Below are positions 8,711 through 18,645 of a DNA stretch of 64,000 nucleotides, in pieces; position 1 is the first letter of the stretch; each line of letters opens with the position of its first letter. Under the pieces are notes generated by a model that did no database searches, had not been told where the DNA came from, and saw only the letters and a program-made list of their open reading frames with translations. Origin of the DNA: Pseudomonadota bacterium (GTDB taxonomy: Bacteria > Bdellovibrionota_C > UBA2361 > OMII01). Position numbers and translations under genes: made by a program. The DNA is taken from NCBI GenBank assembly GCA_038134595.1, contig JAYPVM010000003.1, positions 106,131-170,130 of the forward strand, written 5' to 3'.

Positions 8711-9208
8711 ATGAAAACTCCAGAGATTGTTGAAGTTTTGTTGGTCGCTAAAAATCTGAATGCGGCGTTGAAGAATTTGATAAAGCGCGAGGGGGATGGT
8801 AACCCAGAAGTGGTTAGTTTCGCCAAAGATCTAAGAGCTAGAATTAGTGGTTCAAAGTTCAATAGCGATAGTGTCGAGAGCTTTGTTGAGAAGTCACTAG
8901 AGCGAGAACGGCACGGGTTTTTTTTAGGGCTCGCCAGATATGCATTCGCGGATGTGATCGATCCAGTAGTTGAAGATGTTATTGGTCGCTTTGCCGATAC
9001 CTTTAACACCACCTACGAGCGGACTGATGCAGGTGTCGTAGTAAAGTTGCCGGAGCAATTCAAAGAAATTGTCGACGAGGTCGTGCGCATTGCTGATGAG
9101 GCGCTAGAAGCCGCGAAGATTCCCGTCAATAGTTATTCAAGGACGACAATGTTTGCTACTGTCTTTGAGGCTGATGTTTTAGAAGAAGTACAGAAGACCT
9201 TTCTTTAG
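8711..9208 (+). CDS. Hypothetical cytoplasmic protein
   Basis: 165-aa ORF from ATG 8711 (track start 8684), protein-like composition, no recognised motif. Confidence 0.7.
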   Translation: MKTPEIVEVLLVAKNLNAALKNLIKREGDGNPEVVSFAKDLRARISGSKFNSDSVESFVEKSLERERHGFFLGLARYAFADVIDPVVEDVIGRFADTFNTTYERTDAGVVVKLPEQFKEIVDEVVRIADEALEAAKIPVNSYSRTTMFATVFEADVLEEVQKTFL

Positions 9209-9408
9209 TGTCCTCGCGCATAGAAGGTTATGCGCCTGAAAAGTTAGAATTAGTCCTGGCGGCCGCCAGCATAACTATTCCCAAAAGGGTTGAAAAGCCC
9301 GCAGAAGACGACAATCTCTCGATTGCTTGAAGGATATAGAAATACCAGTTCGTTTTTAACGATAACGAGTGGACTAGTAGAGTGTGACTTCGAAAAAATG
9401 CCTCTTTA

Positions 9409-9672
9409 CTAGGCGTTTTTCTGGATGTAGGCGTTAAGCCGGCTTATTTTTCTAGCAACGGTAGCTTTGTGGTAAAGCCCCTTCGAACAAGCGCTAGCCA
9501 TTAAAGACTCGGCTTTTCGAGCAAGTTCTGTTGCTTCAGGAGTGCTTCCTGTTGTAGCAGCCGTTTCGGCTTTCTTCAGTGCGGACCGAACCGCAGATTT
9601 GGTTGAGCGGTTTCTATCTCTTCTCTTAAGACTCTGTCGGTGTCGTTTGATAGCAGATTTGTGATTAGCCAT
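9409..9672 (-). CDS. rpsT: 30S ribosomal protein S20
   Basis: MANHKSAIKRHRQS...RNRS.KS, KGLYHK...ARKISRL; start moved to ATG 9672. Confidence 0.97.
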   Translation of the reverse strand: MANHKSAIKRHRQSLKRRDRNRSTKSAVRSALKKAETAATTGSTPEATELARKAESLMASACSKGLYHKATVARKISRLNAYIQKNA

Positions 9673-9834
9673 AATAATTAATTTGTCTCTAAAAATAACG
9701 TGTTCCAATCTACCGGCGACACTCGCTTGCGAAATACAAAGTTTCCACCTTCGCTGACGGCAGATAGACCTAGGATACTAGCATGAATCATAATAGGACT
9801 CAAACCTAGCACCCTCAAATTTATCACCTGGGTA

Positions 9835-10356
9835 TTACTTTTTAGGTCCGGCAACCCGCGGAAAGAACTCATCGGACCAAGCCTTGGTTGCACCAGTTTG
9901 ACCTTGATAGTGGCCATGATTGCCTTCTCCATATGCGATCTCTGGTGGAGCAGACATGCCCATGAAAACGAGTTGCGCGACTCTCATACCAGCGACGAGC
10001 TCCCGAGGATAGGGGCCTAAATTTTGGAGTTCCAGGGTTACTTGCCCAGCAAAACCACAGTCAATCCAGCCGCTTAGGCTGTGATTAAGCCATAATCGCC
10101 CCAGGGAGCTTTTTAGCTTAAGATCGCACACAACATCTCGCGGCATCTTTAGATGTTCTTGTGTGGTTGCCAGAATAACCTCGCCGGGAAACAGGATTAT
10201 GGAGTCCGATATAATTTCTTCCGGGTCTCTAGTCGGACAAATCCAATGATTCCCTACTGTAACGTCATAACTAGCTGGATTTATTTGCTCTGGATTAAAT
10301 GGGCTGATCCCGCCGCTTTCGGCAAACTCCCTTATCCAATGGTCAGGTTTAATCAT
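9835..10356 (-). CDS. dcd: dCTP deaminase
   Basis: INPASYDV, KSSLGR, GWIDCGF.GQVTLEL.N, GMRVAQLVF, YQGQ.G. Confidence 0.93.
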   Translation of the reverse strand: MIKPDHWIREFAESGGISPFNPEQINPASYDVTVGNHWICPTRDPEEIISDSIILFPGEVILATTQEHLKMPRDVVCDLKLKSSLGRLWLNHSLSGWIDCGFAGQVTLELQNLGPYPRELVAGMRVAQLVFMGMSAPPEIAYGEGNHGHYQGQTGATKAWSDEFFPRVAGPKK

Positions 10357-10520
10357 AATCGTGTATCCTTTAACAAAACCGCTACATCGTCATAATCTAT
10401 CTGCCGATAGAAATAAAGGCTCTTTTGCTTGTAGTTCGTCTTTTTGTCCTCGACGATAGTGGTGGGATGCAGATTGTCTTTAGTCACATTCATACACCGG
10501 TTCAACAACGGGAGGGAAGG

Positions 10521-12002
10521 TTGAGTATCAATAAGAATCTCGTATTTGAGCGAATCCTACTGCTTGAGGATGATAGTAGCCATGCGATGCTAATCAAGCG
10601 AGCGCTCGAGGATCTTTCAGACTCTGTTCATGTTTCAGGTACGCTGCGAGATGCATTATCTTCTCTTGAAAAGCATCAATTTGATATTGTAATTAGCGAC
10701 TTGAATCTACCAGATGCCAGTAGAGATGACACAGTGACAGCGTTGAGAAACTATTCCGCCGAGCTGCCATTGCTCGTACTTACGTCATCGTCTCTTGTCA
10801 GTGACGGAGTGGCCGCTATGCGAGGAGGTGCCGATGACTTTCTTGTGAAGAATTTCGATTCTACGTTTAGAGATGTCTTGCAAGTGGTATTGAGCCGACT
10901 CAAAAATACGGTGGATGCACGTGCCGAGCGTCGAGAGCTCGAGCGGGATCGAGCTGTCTTGAGAGAAGCTATCGAGAACAGCAACGATGGTCTGGCAGTT
11001 GTGTTTCGGGATGGGACTATTGGACACCGCAATGCCGCCTTTGAGGATTTTTTAGCGAGTATGGGTATGGATGCAACAAGTCTCAAAGGTCGAGACTCTG
11101 GCGGTGTGTCGTTGGCGGCAAAACTTTCTAATCGTTTGGCGGGTCTCTCACCAGGAGCGGTCTGGAGAACAGAATTCGGTTCAACCTCGACCAAAGAACG
11201 AGCCTTTGAGTTGTCAATTGCAATGTCTACGCAATCCGACAGCCCGGATAGCGCCGTCGTTTGGGTGCGAGATGTTTCGGACAAGAAACGGCGAGAGCGA
11301 TTTCAACGAGAATTACTTTCAACGACTACCCATGATTTAAAAGGCCCTTTGGGAAGTATTTCGCTTTCATGTGAAGTGCTACAGCGAAAGGGGGCGGAGG
11401 AACCCCTTGTTGACGGTATCGCGAGCTCTGCACGGGCGGCTCTGCAACTTATCGACGAGTTTTTAAGCGCTCGAAGTATTGAGGATGGTGCCTATGTGCT
11501 GAGACCGGTAAGTCAGCCATTACTTCCTGTTATGCTCCGTGTTGCCGACAATTTGCGGATCTCCGCAGAACGTCGAGACATACAGATCAAGGTGGCTGAG
11601 GATTCGCCGGATACTGTCGGCTGTATCGATACTCTGGGGTGTGAGCGTGTATTGATGAATCTTGTAAGCAATGCGATTAAGTTTTCTCCTAAAGGGAGTG
11701 TTGTTTCTGTGGCATGTCGGCGAGCTGATGGAGGGGTCGTTTGCTCTGTAAAAGATGAAGGTAGAGGAATAGAAGTATCTGATATTCATCGTTTGTTTGA
11801 GAGGTATGGACGCCTGGAAGAGCACGGTCATATTAGCGGAACCGGATTGGGTCTATTTATCGTCAAGTGTATCGTCAATGCTCACAATGGAACGATTGAT
11901 GTCACTTCTGAGCAAGGAACCGGAACAGTATTCGAGATATTTTTTCCCGATGATCCACCTCGAAACGAGAGGGGTGAGATTGTTTGCCAAGACGTAATGT
12001 AA
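10521..12002 (+). CDS. Hybrid sensor histidine kinase (REC-PAS-HisKA-HATPase)
   Basis: REC: LLLEDD, ISDLNLPD, GADDFLVK; PAS-like ENSNDG...VRDVS; H-box THDLKGPL; NLVSNAIKFS, DEGRGI, GTGLGL. Start placed at TTG 10521 after GGAGG (track 10425). Confidence 0.92.
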   Translation: MSINKNLVFERILLLEDDSSHAMLIKRALEDLSDSVHVSGTLRDALSSLEKHQFDIVISDLNLPDASRDDTVTALRNYSAELPLLVLTSSSLVSDGVAAMRGGADDFLVKNFDSTFRDVLQVVLSRLKNTVDARAERRELERDRAVLREAIENSNDGLAVVFRDGTIGHRNAAFEDFLASMGMDATSLKGRDSGGVSLAAKLSNRLAGLSPGAVWRTEFGSTSTKERAFELSIAMSTQSDSPDSAVVWVRDVSDKKRRERFQRELLSTTTHDLKGPLGSISLSCEVLQRKGAEEPLVDGIASSARAALQLIDEFLSARSIEDGAYVLRPVSQPLLPVMLRVADNLRISAERRDIQIKVAEDSPDTVGCIDTLGCERVLMNLVSNAIKFSPKGSVVSVACRRADGGVVCSVKDEGRGIEVSDIHRLFERYGRLEEHGHISGTGLGLFIVKCIVNAHNGTIDVTSEQGTGTVFEIFFPDDPPRNERGEIVCQDVM

Positions 12003-12023
12003 TGGAAAGCTGGGACTGAGGAA

Positions 12024-12989
12024 ATGCTAATAAGGATAAACTATGGCGTTGTTTGTGGCGCTAAATCCATACTGCTTTTATTGATCACTTTGTATGTGAC
12101 GGGGAGATATGCCTGGGCGGACCCAGTTGCAGACATTTCATTCGTTTCATCGCTTGACTGTCACAAGGAGTCCCGACGCTGTGGAGCTGTTTTTGTTGGA
12201 GGAGATTATGCCGGCAGTAAATTAGGGCTCGAGATTAATAAGAATCTGGGAGGGGTGATACGTGTCGACTTGAAAGACGGAGATGCGTATCCGCTTCACA
12301 TTGCCGCAGGCGGTGTTGCTGGAGCAACGATCACGTTAACGTGGGATGGAGATTATAATCCGCGCCAATTATCGAGCATTGGCTTGAATTGTCTCGATGT
12401 TACTCATTTAGAATCTTTAATCGTGCCCATGCGTTTCGATGATGCTCGTAACGATGGTTTGGCCGAGCAGGCTAAGCAGCATACCTTCTCTGCGCGACTG
12501 ATAGCCTATAATGGAAAAGATCCGACCGGTCAGAAGTACTCGATATCATCAGCGCTTCAGAGCGGGGAAAATATCGAATTCAAAAAGGACAACTTTACTC
12601 GAAACGGACCTCGTGGAGCGGTAGATTTCTCTTGTGTAGGTGCGATCACACTTGCTTTGCAGGTTGACGAGCCTTTAGAGATGTCCCTTTGGTTAGGGCA
12701 GCCCGGAGAGATTGCACCCGCGTTTGTTAAAGATCCACTAGCAGGTAATTCACCGGCAACCCAAGACAAACGCGCCGTTGGCGGTGTAAGGGATATGAAT
12801 GTGCCGATAGAATCTAAGACTCCTGTGCTGCAATCTGACCGGATACCTCAGGTGGAAGGTAATCCGCTTTATGTTAGAGATTTTGAGAGCGGTGGGTCGC
12901 TTGATATTGAACCGTCGGATAGCTCCGATACCTGGGACTCGGCAGAAGAAGATGTACTTGTTTTCGGAGAAGCTGCTAGGACGCATTAG
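12024..12989 (+). CDS. Hypothetical secreted protein
   Basis: Hydrophobic signal ending AWA-D; beta-rich core with TWDGD...GL..LD and VDF..VGAITL; acidic disordered tail. Confidence 0.7.
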   Translation: MLIRINYGVVCGAKSILLLLITLYVTGRYAWADPVADISFVSSLDCHKESRRCGAVFVGGDYAGSKLGLEINKNLGGVIRVDLKDGDAYPLHIAAGGVAGATITLTWDGDYNPRQLSSIGLNCLDVTHLESLIVPMRFDDARNDGLAEQAKQHTFSARLIAYNGKDPTGQKYSISSALQSGENIEFKKDNFTRNGPRGAVDFSCVGAITLALQVDEPLEMSLWLGQPGEIAPAFVKDPLAGNSPATQDKRAVGGVRDMNVPIESKTPVLQSDRIPQVEGNPLYVRDFESGGSLDIEPSDSSDTWDSAEEDVLVFGEAARTH

Positions 12990-13139
12990 GTTTTTGGCAG
13001 CATTGTTCCGCCCCCCATCGTGTTTCTCAATATGCTTTAAAGCGAGGGATTTATATGAGGAGAAATGAACTTAGTCTATTCTTTTTGCATTGCTAGCTAT
13101 CAGATAGACTTGGTGGATAGAGCGTGCTAAAAATCCTCC

Positions 13140-14324
13140 ATGGCAAAGCAGTTTAATATTCCCCGATCGTATCGGTCAGACTTTATTGGTCGAATAAAGA
13201 CGAAAAGGTCTAGTGCCGATCCCCGTAAAATGGACTTGAGCCCAACTCCATTGACGATTGGGTCAGTAACATTTTTAGTGGCGCGCTTCTTTGGTTTTTG
13301 CTACGGAGTTGAGAACGCTATTGAGATAGCCTATCGAGCTTTGGAGGAAAACCCGGATAAGCGGATTTTTCTGCTAAGTGAAATGATTCATAATCCTCAT
13401 GTCAATGAAGATCTGCTGTCTCGGGGAGTTAAATTCTTGCAGACTGCGGATGGTGAAGAGTTATTTCCGGTTTCAAACCTCCGGTCAGACGATGTTGTTA
13501 TTATCCCTGCATTTGGAACAACTCAAGAAATCGTGGGCCATTTGCGTCGTCAGGGTCTTGATCCGCAAACGTATAACGCTACCTGTCCTTTCGTAGAAAA
13601 GGTTTGGAAAAGGGGGCGGCAGATCGGAGAACAGGGTTTTTCAGTCGTTATTCATGGAAAGCATTCGCATGAGGAAACTCGGGCTACGTTTTCGCAGGTG
13701 CAACCCGCTGCGCCGTGCGTTGTTATTCGCGACTTTGTAGAGGCATCATTGTTGACCCGATATATACGAGAAGAGCTTCCTAGCGAGCAGTTTTATGCTG
13801 ATTTTGAAGGTCGTTACTCGCAGGGATTTGATGCTGTTCGTGATCTCAAAAAGGTTGGTGTGATTAATCAAACAACCATGTTGGCCGAGGAGACACGGGC
13901 AATAGCGCAGCTCATTAAAGAAGCGTTACACGATAGATATGGGACTGAGAGCTTGCCCGATCACTTTGCCGACACCAGGGATACACTTTGTTATGCAACC
14001 TCTGAAAACCAACGAGCTATGAAAGCATTGTTGGAGTGTGAAGCAGATATCGCTGTTATTGTAGGAGGATATAACTCGTCTAATACATCGCATTTGGTAG
14101 AGCTCTGTGAGGGACGGATTCCAGCGTTCTATGTAAAGGATGCTGATGAGATTATTTCCCGACAAACTATTCGACACCTTAATCTTAAGAAGGGCGTTGT
14201 TGAATGCACTAATTGGTTACCAGAGAAAAACTCGGCTCGGATCTTAGTTTCTGCGGGTGCGAGCTGTCCCGATGCGATGGTTGAGGAGGTTATCGAACGG
14301 ATCGCTAGTTTGTTTGTTGCATAG
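13140..14324 (+). CDS. ispH: 4-hydroxy-3-methylbut-2-enyl diphosphate reductase
   Basis: FGFCYGVENAI, EMIHNP, ATCPFV, NQTTM, DTLCYAT..NQ, GGYNSSNT.HL, AGASCP. Confidence 0.97.
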   Translation: MAKQFNIPRSYRSDFIGRIKTKRSSADPRKMDLSPTPLTIGSVTFLVARFFGFCYGVENAIEIAYRALEENPDKRIFLLSEMIHNPHVNEDLLSRGVKFLQTADGEELFPVSNLRSDDVVIIPAFGTTQEIVGHLRRQGLDPQTYNATCPFVEKVWKRGRQIGEQGFSVVIHGKHSHEETRATFSQVQPAAPCVVIRDFVEASLLTRYIREELPSEQFYADFEGRYSQGFDAVRDLKKVGVINQTTMLAEETRAIAQLIKEALHDRYGTESLPDHFADTRDTLCYATSENQRAMKALLECEADIAVIVGGYNSSNTSHLVELCEGRIPAFYVKDADEIISRQTIRHLNLKKGVVECTNWLPEKNSARILVSAGASCPDAMVEEVIERIASLFVA

Positions 14325-14438
14325 GGGCGCGTCTGTTTGTGCGAATACGGCAAATAGATATCGCCGCAGTAACAGTGGCAGTCTTGGCCTCGTGGACTAC
14401 TCGAATTCTTTTCGTTTTATAGCGGCGCGTGATGTGAT

Positions 14439-15203
14439 TCAAGCGAAGCGACTTTTTAAATTTCTGGAGTATCGCAAAAACTTGTAATGCTTTCTAAACA
14501 GTGCATTGCCAAGAGAGGACACTTTGCAGTTTTTGGCCTGTTCTGCTAAGGCTGAGAATCGACCTACCATTCGGGGTCGTCTTAGGAATAATCTGAGCTT
14601 TTTTATCTCTTGAACTGTTATGAAATCGGAGTGTAGGCAGACTGTTTGGATGCCTCCTGGTGTCCATCGGGGCTTCCAGGTCTGTTGGGGTATGAATAGA
14701 ATTCCTTCATCGACAAATGGATGTAGGGCAATTCCATCTGTTGCTGCTGTAAATCCAGCGATACGTAGAGCCCGTAGGGTAGTGCGATCAAGTGAGTGAT
14801 TTGGTGCCATCCAGTACGGAGTCTGCAAGCCCTCTTGTGCAAGGATTTGCTTGCCACGATGTATCTTGTCGAGTTGTATTTCAAGAGGTTCTCCAAGAAA
14901 CTCGGAGTAGGGTCGATTTGGCATGAGATACAAGGGAGTGGGCTGAGCATATCGAGGTTGGAGAATATGCTGGTAGCCATGTTGAGCTATATCGACTAAA
15001 TCATCTGTTACCAATTGTCGCATAGTTTCCCAAAATGAATGCCGATACGGCTCTATCGATAAACGGGGATCTTGATTGTCTGGAATAACTCCGAGTAGCG
15101 GTTTAATACCATGCTTTGAAAAAAGCTGTATAAGTGCCCAAAATTTATTCCAGTTCATTACCGGTGATATATCATCTAATCTAAAGATATAGGTGGTTGT
15201 CAT
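14439..15203 (-). CDS. Polysaccharide deacetylase-like protein (DUF2334/CE4-type)
   Basis: IFRLDDISP, IKPLLGVIP, IAQHGYQH, SEF.G, MAPNHS.D, CLH. Confidence 0.85.
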   Translation of the reverse strand: MTTTYIFRLDDISPVMNWNKFWALIQLFSKHGIKPLLGVIPDNQDPRLSIEPYRHSFWETMRQLVTDDLVDIAQHGYQHILQPRYAQPTPLYLMPNRPYSEFLGEPLEIQLDKIHRGKQILAQEGLQTPYWMAPNHSLDRTTLRALRIAGFTAATDGIALHPFVDEGILFIPQQTWKPRWTPGGIQTVCLHSDFITVQEIKKLRLFLRRPRMVGRFSALAEQAKNCKVSSLGNALFRKHYKFLRYSRNLKSRFA

Positions 15204-15958
15204 GCTACAGGCCTTTGAAGAGTGGAGATAAGTCGTTGCATGAGAGGGTTCTTACTGATGCAACCTGTGAATTCTGTTAACTCGGCTCCACCAAACTCTA
15301 ATTTGAAGCGAGCGATGGCTCGTTTCTCAGGATCCTGACTGTTTGTTGATACGCCCCCGAGGTCGTATGTTGTAAGCCCCTCATTTTTGCAGAATAGAAT
15401 GTCGCTCCAATGTAGAAGGCGATTTGCCATTCCAATAGCGTTTCGTTGTTGTGTATCGCTCATAGAACGGAAATGTGAGGCAGAGTAGAGTAGTCGAGCT
15501 CGACCGATGCTTTGGTCAACGACATAGGCATGGGCCACGGTGGGAGAGCCATTTGGATTAAGAGCGTGAGAGATTAAGAGTGCATTTTGCCGAGCCAGCG
15601 ACTCTAACTTGGAGAGACTACAGTGTGCAATGCCCTTACCTCGCGCAAAAGCGTCGAAAAAGACCTTAAAGTTTCGAAGCGCAGAGGTATCTGGAGACCG
15701 GTTATATACCGGAGAGACGCCGTTTCGCTCTGCTCTTTTTATCTTATAGCGGGTGCTTTTTGAAAGCGCCTGGGCGAGTTGGGATGTGCTTTGCTGAAGT
15801 TGGATAATGCGACTTATAAAAGGTCGAAATCCCTGAATAGGTGTCTTTGCTTGGATGAAGAATGTCACGAGCTCTAGGGGGGCAGACTTTGCAGGATGAT
15901 CGGAGAAATAGTATTCTCTAATTGGTATAAGCGCTTTTTTTCTGGTAGTGGTCAGCAT
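15200..15958 (-). CDS. FemAB-like/GNAT acyltransferase-fold protein
   Basis: LSKSTRYKIKRAER, RARLLYSAS.FR, IGMANRLLHW.DI, YDLGG, IARFKLEFGG; 4-nt overlap with downstream deacetylase; start 15958 or 15991. Confidence 0.8.
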   Translation of the reverse strand: MLTTTRKKALIPIREYYFSDHPAKSAPLELVTFFIQAKTPIQGFRPFISRIIQLQQSTSQLAQALSKSTRYKIKRAERNGVSPVYNRSPDTSALRNFKVFFDAFARGKGIAHCSLSKLESLARQNALLISHALNPNGSPTVAHAYVVDQSIGRARLLYSASHFRSMSDTQQRNAIGMANRLLHWSDILFCKNEGLTTYDLGGVSTNSQDPEKRAIARFKLEFGGAELTEFTGCISKNPLMQRLISTLQRPVA

Positions 15959-16178
15959 ATACTCTCTTCTGTAAAAAATACGAGATGTCACGGTATCTCA
16001 TAGCTGTTGCGTTTCTTATGAGGGCGAGCAGAGTGAGTAACAGCTCGGTGTTTGTGTATGATTAGGGGAACACCTAGTCGTTGGATAGCTCTAGATGGCG
16101 CGCAGCTTGGGATTTTTTAGGGGGTGTTTGCACAACCTAAGACGTATTAAAGGTGAGTTTGAGGTAAAAGGGCGATAA

Positions 16179-17168
16179 ATGATGAAGAGTTTAGATGTTT
16201 GTGGCTTGTGTAATGGGATAGTTGATATTTTTTTTGACGTATCTCACCACCAGTTTGAGGGGTTAGGTTTTGATAAGGGCTCGATGCGTTTAGTAACGGT
16301 GGACGAGCAAAAAACTCTGCTAGAGGCCGTAAATTCGGAAGCTCCAGTTATGAAGAGTGGGGGGTCTGTAGCAAACTCGATGATTGCGGTTGCCCAGTTG
16401 GGAGGTAAAAGTGCCCTATGCTGCAATCTAGCGGACGATGCATATGGACGGTTTTATCGTCAGGAGTGTCTTGATTTAGGTATGAGAGTTCCCGTTGCGC
16501 TTTCGGCCTCTGGTTCAACGGGCACCTGTGTAGTTTTGATAACCCCCGATGCAGAGCGGACGATGAGAACCTCCTTAGGTCTGGCGACAGAACTTGCTTC
16601 CCAGCATGTAGATAAGGCCACCATAAAAGATTCCAAGTGGCTTTTTGTTGAGGGGTATGTATTTTCAAATTCCGATAATGCAATAGTTGCCATCACCGAA
16701 GCTATCAAAACCGCAAAAGAGTCCGACACAAAAGTGGCACTTACTTGCTCGGATGCGTGGGTCGTATCGGGCTTTGATGCGCCTCTTAGAAAGGCGTTGG
16801 AATCTACGGCATTGATTTTTGCAAATGAGCAGGAGGCACAAGCACTGACGCACGCCGAGAGTGTGGTTGATGCGGGACAAATTCTGAAGCAAGACTTTCC
16901 GTTTGTTGTTTTGACGGCTGGCTCTAAAGGAGCGCACATTTGGTGGGAAGGAGAGGAGTTTCATGTTCCGGCCTTTGATTGTGAACCTAGAGACCTTACT
17001 GGGGCTGGGGATATGTTTGCTGGTACTTTCCTCTATGGGATTACCCATGGGTTGACCCCTGTAGACGCTGCCCACAGGGCGTGTTTTCTTTCCAGTAGAG
17101 TTATCTCTCAGGTAGGGGCCCGATTAGAAGGAGATATTCGCTCCTTATGGGGTAGTTGTTCGCAATAG
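16179..17168 (+). CDS. PfkB-family kinase, adenosine kinase-like
   Basis: SGGSVANS, TGTCVVLITPDAERTM, FANEQEA, DLTGAGDMFAG. Confidence 0.93.
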   Translation: MMKSLDVCGLCNGIVDIFFDVSHHQFEGLGFDKGSMRLVTVDEQKTLLEAVNSEAPVMKSGGSVANSMIAVAQLGGKSALCCNLADDAYGRFYRQECLDLGMRVPVALSASGSTGTCVVLITPDAERTMRTSLGLATELASQHVDKATIKDSKWLFVEGYVFSNSDNAIVAITEAIKTAKESDTKVALTCSDAWVVSGFDAPLRKALESTALIFANEQEAQALTHAESVVDAGQILKQDFPFVVLTAGSKGAHIWWEGEEFHVPAFDCEPRDLTGAGDMFAGTFLYGITHGLTPVDAAHRACFLSSRVISQVGARLEGDIRSLWGSCSQ

Positions 17169-17456
17169 CTCTTAAATGTTAACCGGTTATCTACGCAACT
17201 TGCTAGATATACGGATTTTTTAGGCGTGATAATCGTTTATTGTTAGGTCACGCCGTATCAGTTCGCCTTCATACCCATACGTATCGACTTGTTTGTTTTC
17301 GATGCAATGTGTTCGTTAATACAAGCTAGCCGGGGTGGTGATTTTGTAGCTCTGCGGTCCGTTCGTTTTAGATTGGATCGTGTGGTAAAATCTACATATA
17401 GGACGGGGAGTGCGTGCTCTCTGATTAACCTTGGGCGGCAGCGGAGTGAATTGGAT

Positions 17457-18644
17457 ATGGCTAATTTCGATGATTCAAAGTTTTTAGGGTTCTCTCCCAA
17501 GGCGTTAGGCTTAATTGTAGTGGCAGGTCTTGCGGTTATTGGGCTCTTCTTTATGCCGGAGACGCTTAAGTTTCTCTTTGATGCTCGAGTGGATGCAAAG
17601 TCAACAGTGGCAAAGAAGTCTGATACTACGCCGGATGATGTGCGAGCATCGCTCGCGCAGAGATCGTTGGCCAGTTTAGAAGGGGTAAAACGCACATCAC
17701 CAGCCGAGGATAAGGAACGACCAAAGAGAGGACCCGTGGTGGAGTCTAAGACAAAGGATTCCGGTGGAATCCTTTCGGGTTTAGACTTCTCGATTCCGGC
17801 CAGCCGAGCGGGAGGTGCTAAGTCAATTGAAGCTCCGGAAGGCTTGAAGTTTGATGGGCTTGTTTCTAGAGAAGGGCTGAAGTTTTTGCAGGACTCCCGA
17901 AAGGTTATTGTGGGCTTTCAGAGAAAGAACCGCATTTCGGCAGTTATGTCGGGCGAGGCGATATCAAAATTAACTCAGGTTATGCGTCGGATAGGTTCTG
18001 GCAACGTCGGTGAGATGTCGGAGGAGTCTCAGGGAATCGCTTTAAAGCGGGCTCATGTGGATGCTCTAAAAGCTCTTTATCAAGACTATCATGATCGGGG
18101 CTTATTGCTTCGGTGGCTTGGTATAGGGGCTATTTCATTCATTGATAGTCAGGGTGGAGTCAATGCGCGGCAAAAGATAGCAGAGGCTTTTTGGCCCTCA
18201 TTTTACCTCTCTGATGTTGATATTCGACAGCCGCGCTATAACGGATCCGCTGTAAGTGCGAGATATCCAGCGAGGCTTCGAGGCAAAATCAGCATTACAG
18301 GTTCCGACATATCGAAGGTGGAGGTCTATGCTAACGGTCAATTGATTAATACCCATAAAGGCGCGCACCAAGGCGGCGTTTCTAGTCGTACCGTAGCTTT
18401 CAACGGTGATGCATATGGATTTTGGACAATTGTTGCATATGACAAATATGGACAACGCCCAGTTTCAAAAACGTATTCGTTTTATCCAAGGGTGAGTGTT
18501 TTTACTAAAGATAGTCGAGGACGATACGAAATTGGCTTTCTGCCGGGAAGTGCAGATAATTCTCTGGATAGATTCTTCCTGGTTGGAAGCTCAGTGAGTC
18601 ATCAAGGTGCATCTTCAAGCGATGCTATGGTATCGATTTTCTAG
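17457..18644 (+). CDS. Hypothetical membrane-anchored protein with C-terminal Ig-like domain
   Basis: ATG 17457; one TM segment (LGLIVVAGLAVIGLFFM); charged linker; ISKVEVYANGQLI...WTIVAYDKYG. Confidence 0.7.
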   Translation: MANFDDSKFLGFSPKALGLIVVAGLAVIGLFFMPETLKFLFDARVDAKSTVAKKSDTTPDDVRASLAQRSLASLEGVKRTSPAEDKERPKRGPVVESKTKDSGGILSGLDFSIPASRAGGAKSIEAPEGLKFDGLVSREGLKFLQDSRKVIVGFQRKNRISAVMSGEAISKLTQVMRRIGSGNVGEMSEESQGIALKRAHVDALKALYQDYHDRGLLLRWLGIGAISFIDSQGGVNARQKIAEAFWPSFYLSDVDIRQPRYNGSAVSARYPARLRGKISITGSDISKVEVYANGQLINTHKGAHQGGVSSRTVAFNGDAYGFWTIVAYDKYGQRPVSKTYSFYPRVSVFTKDSRGRYEIGFLPGSADNSLDRFFLVGSSVSHQGASSSDAMVSIF

Positions 18645-18645
18645 G

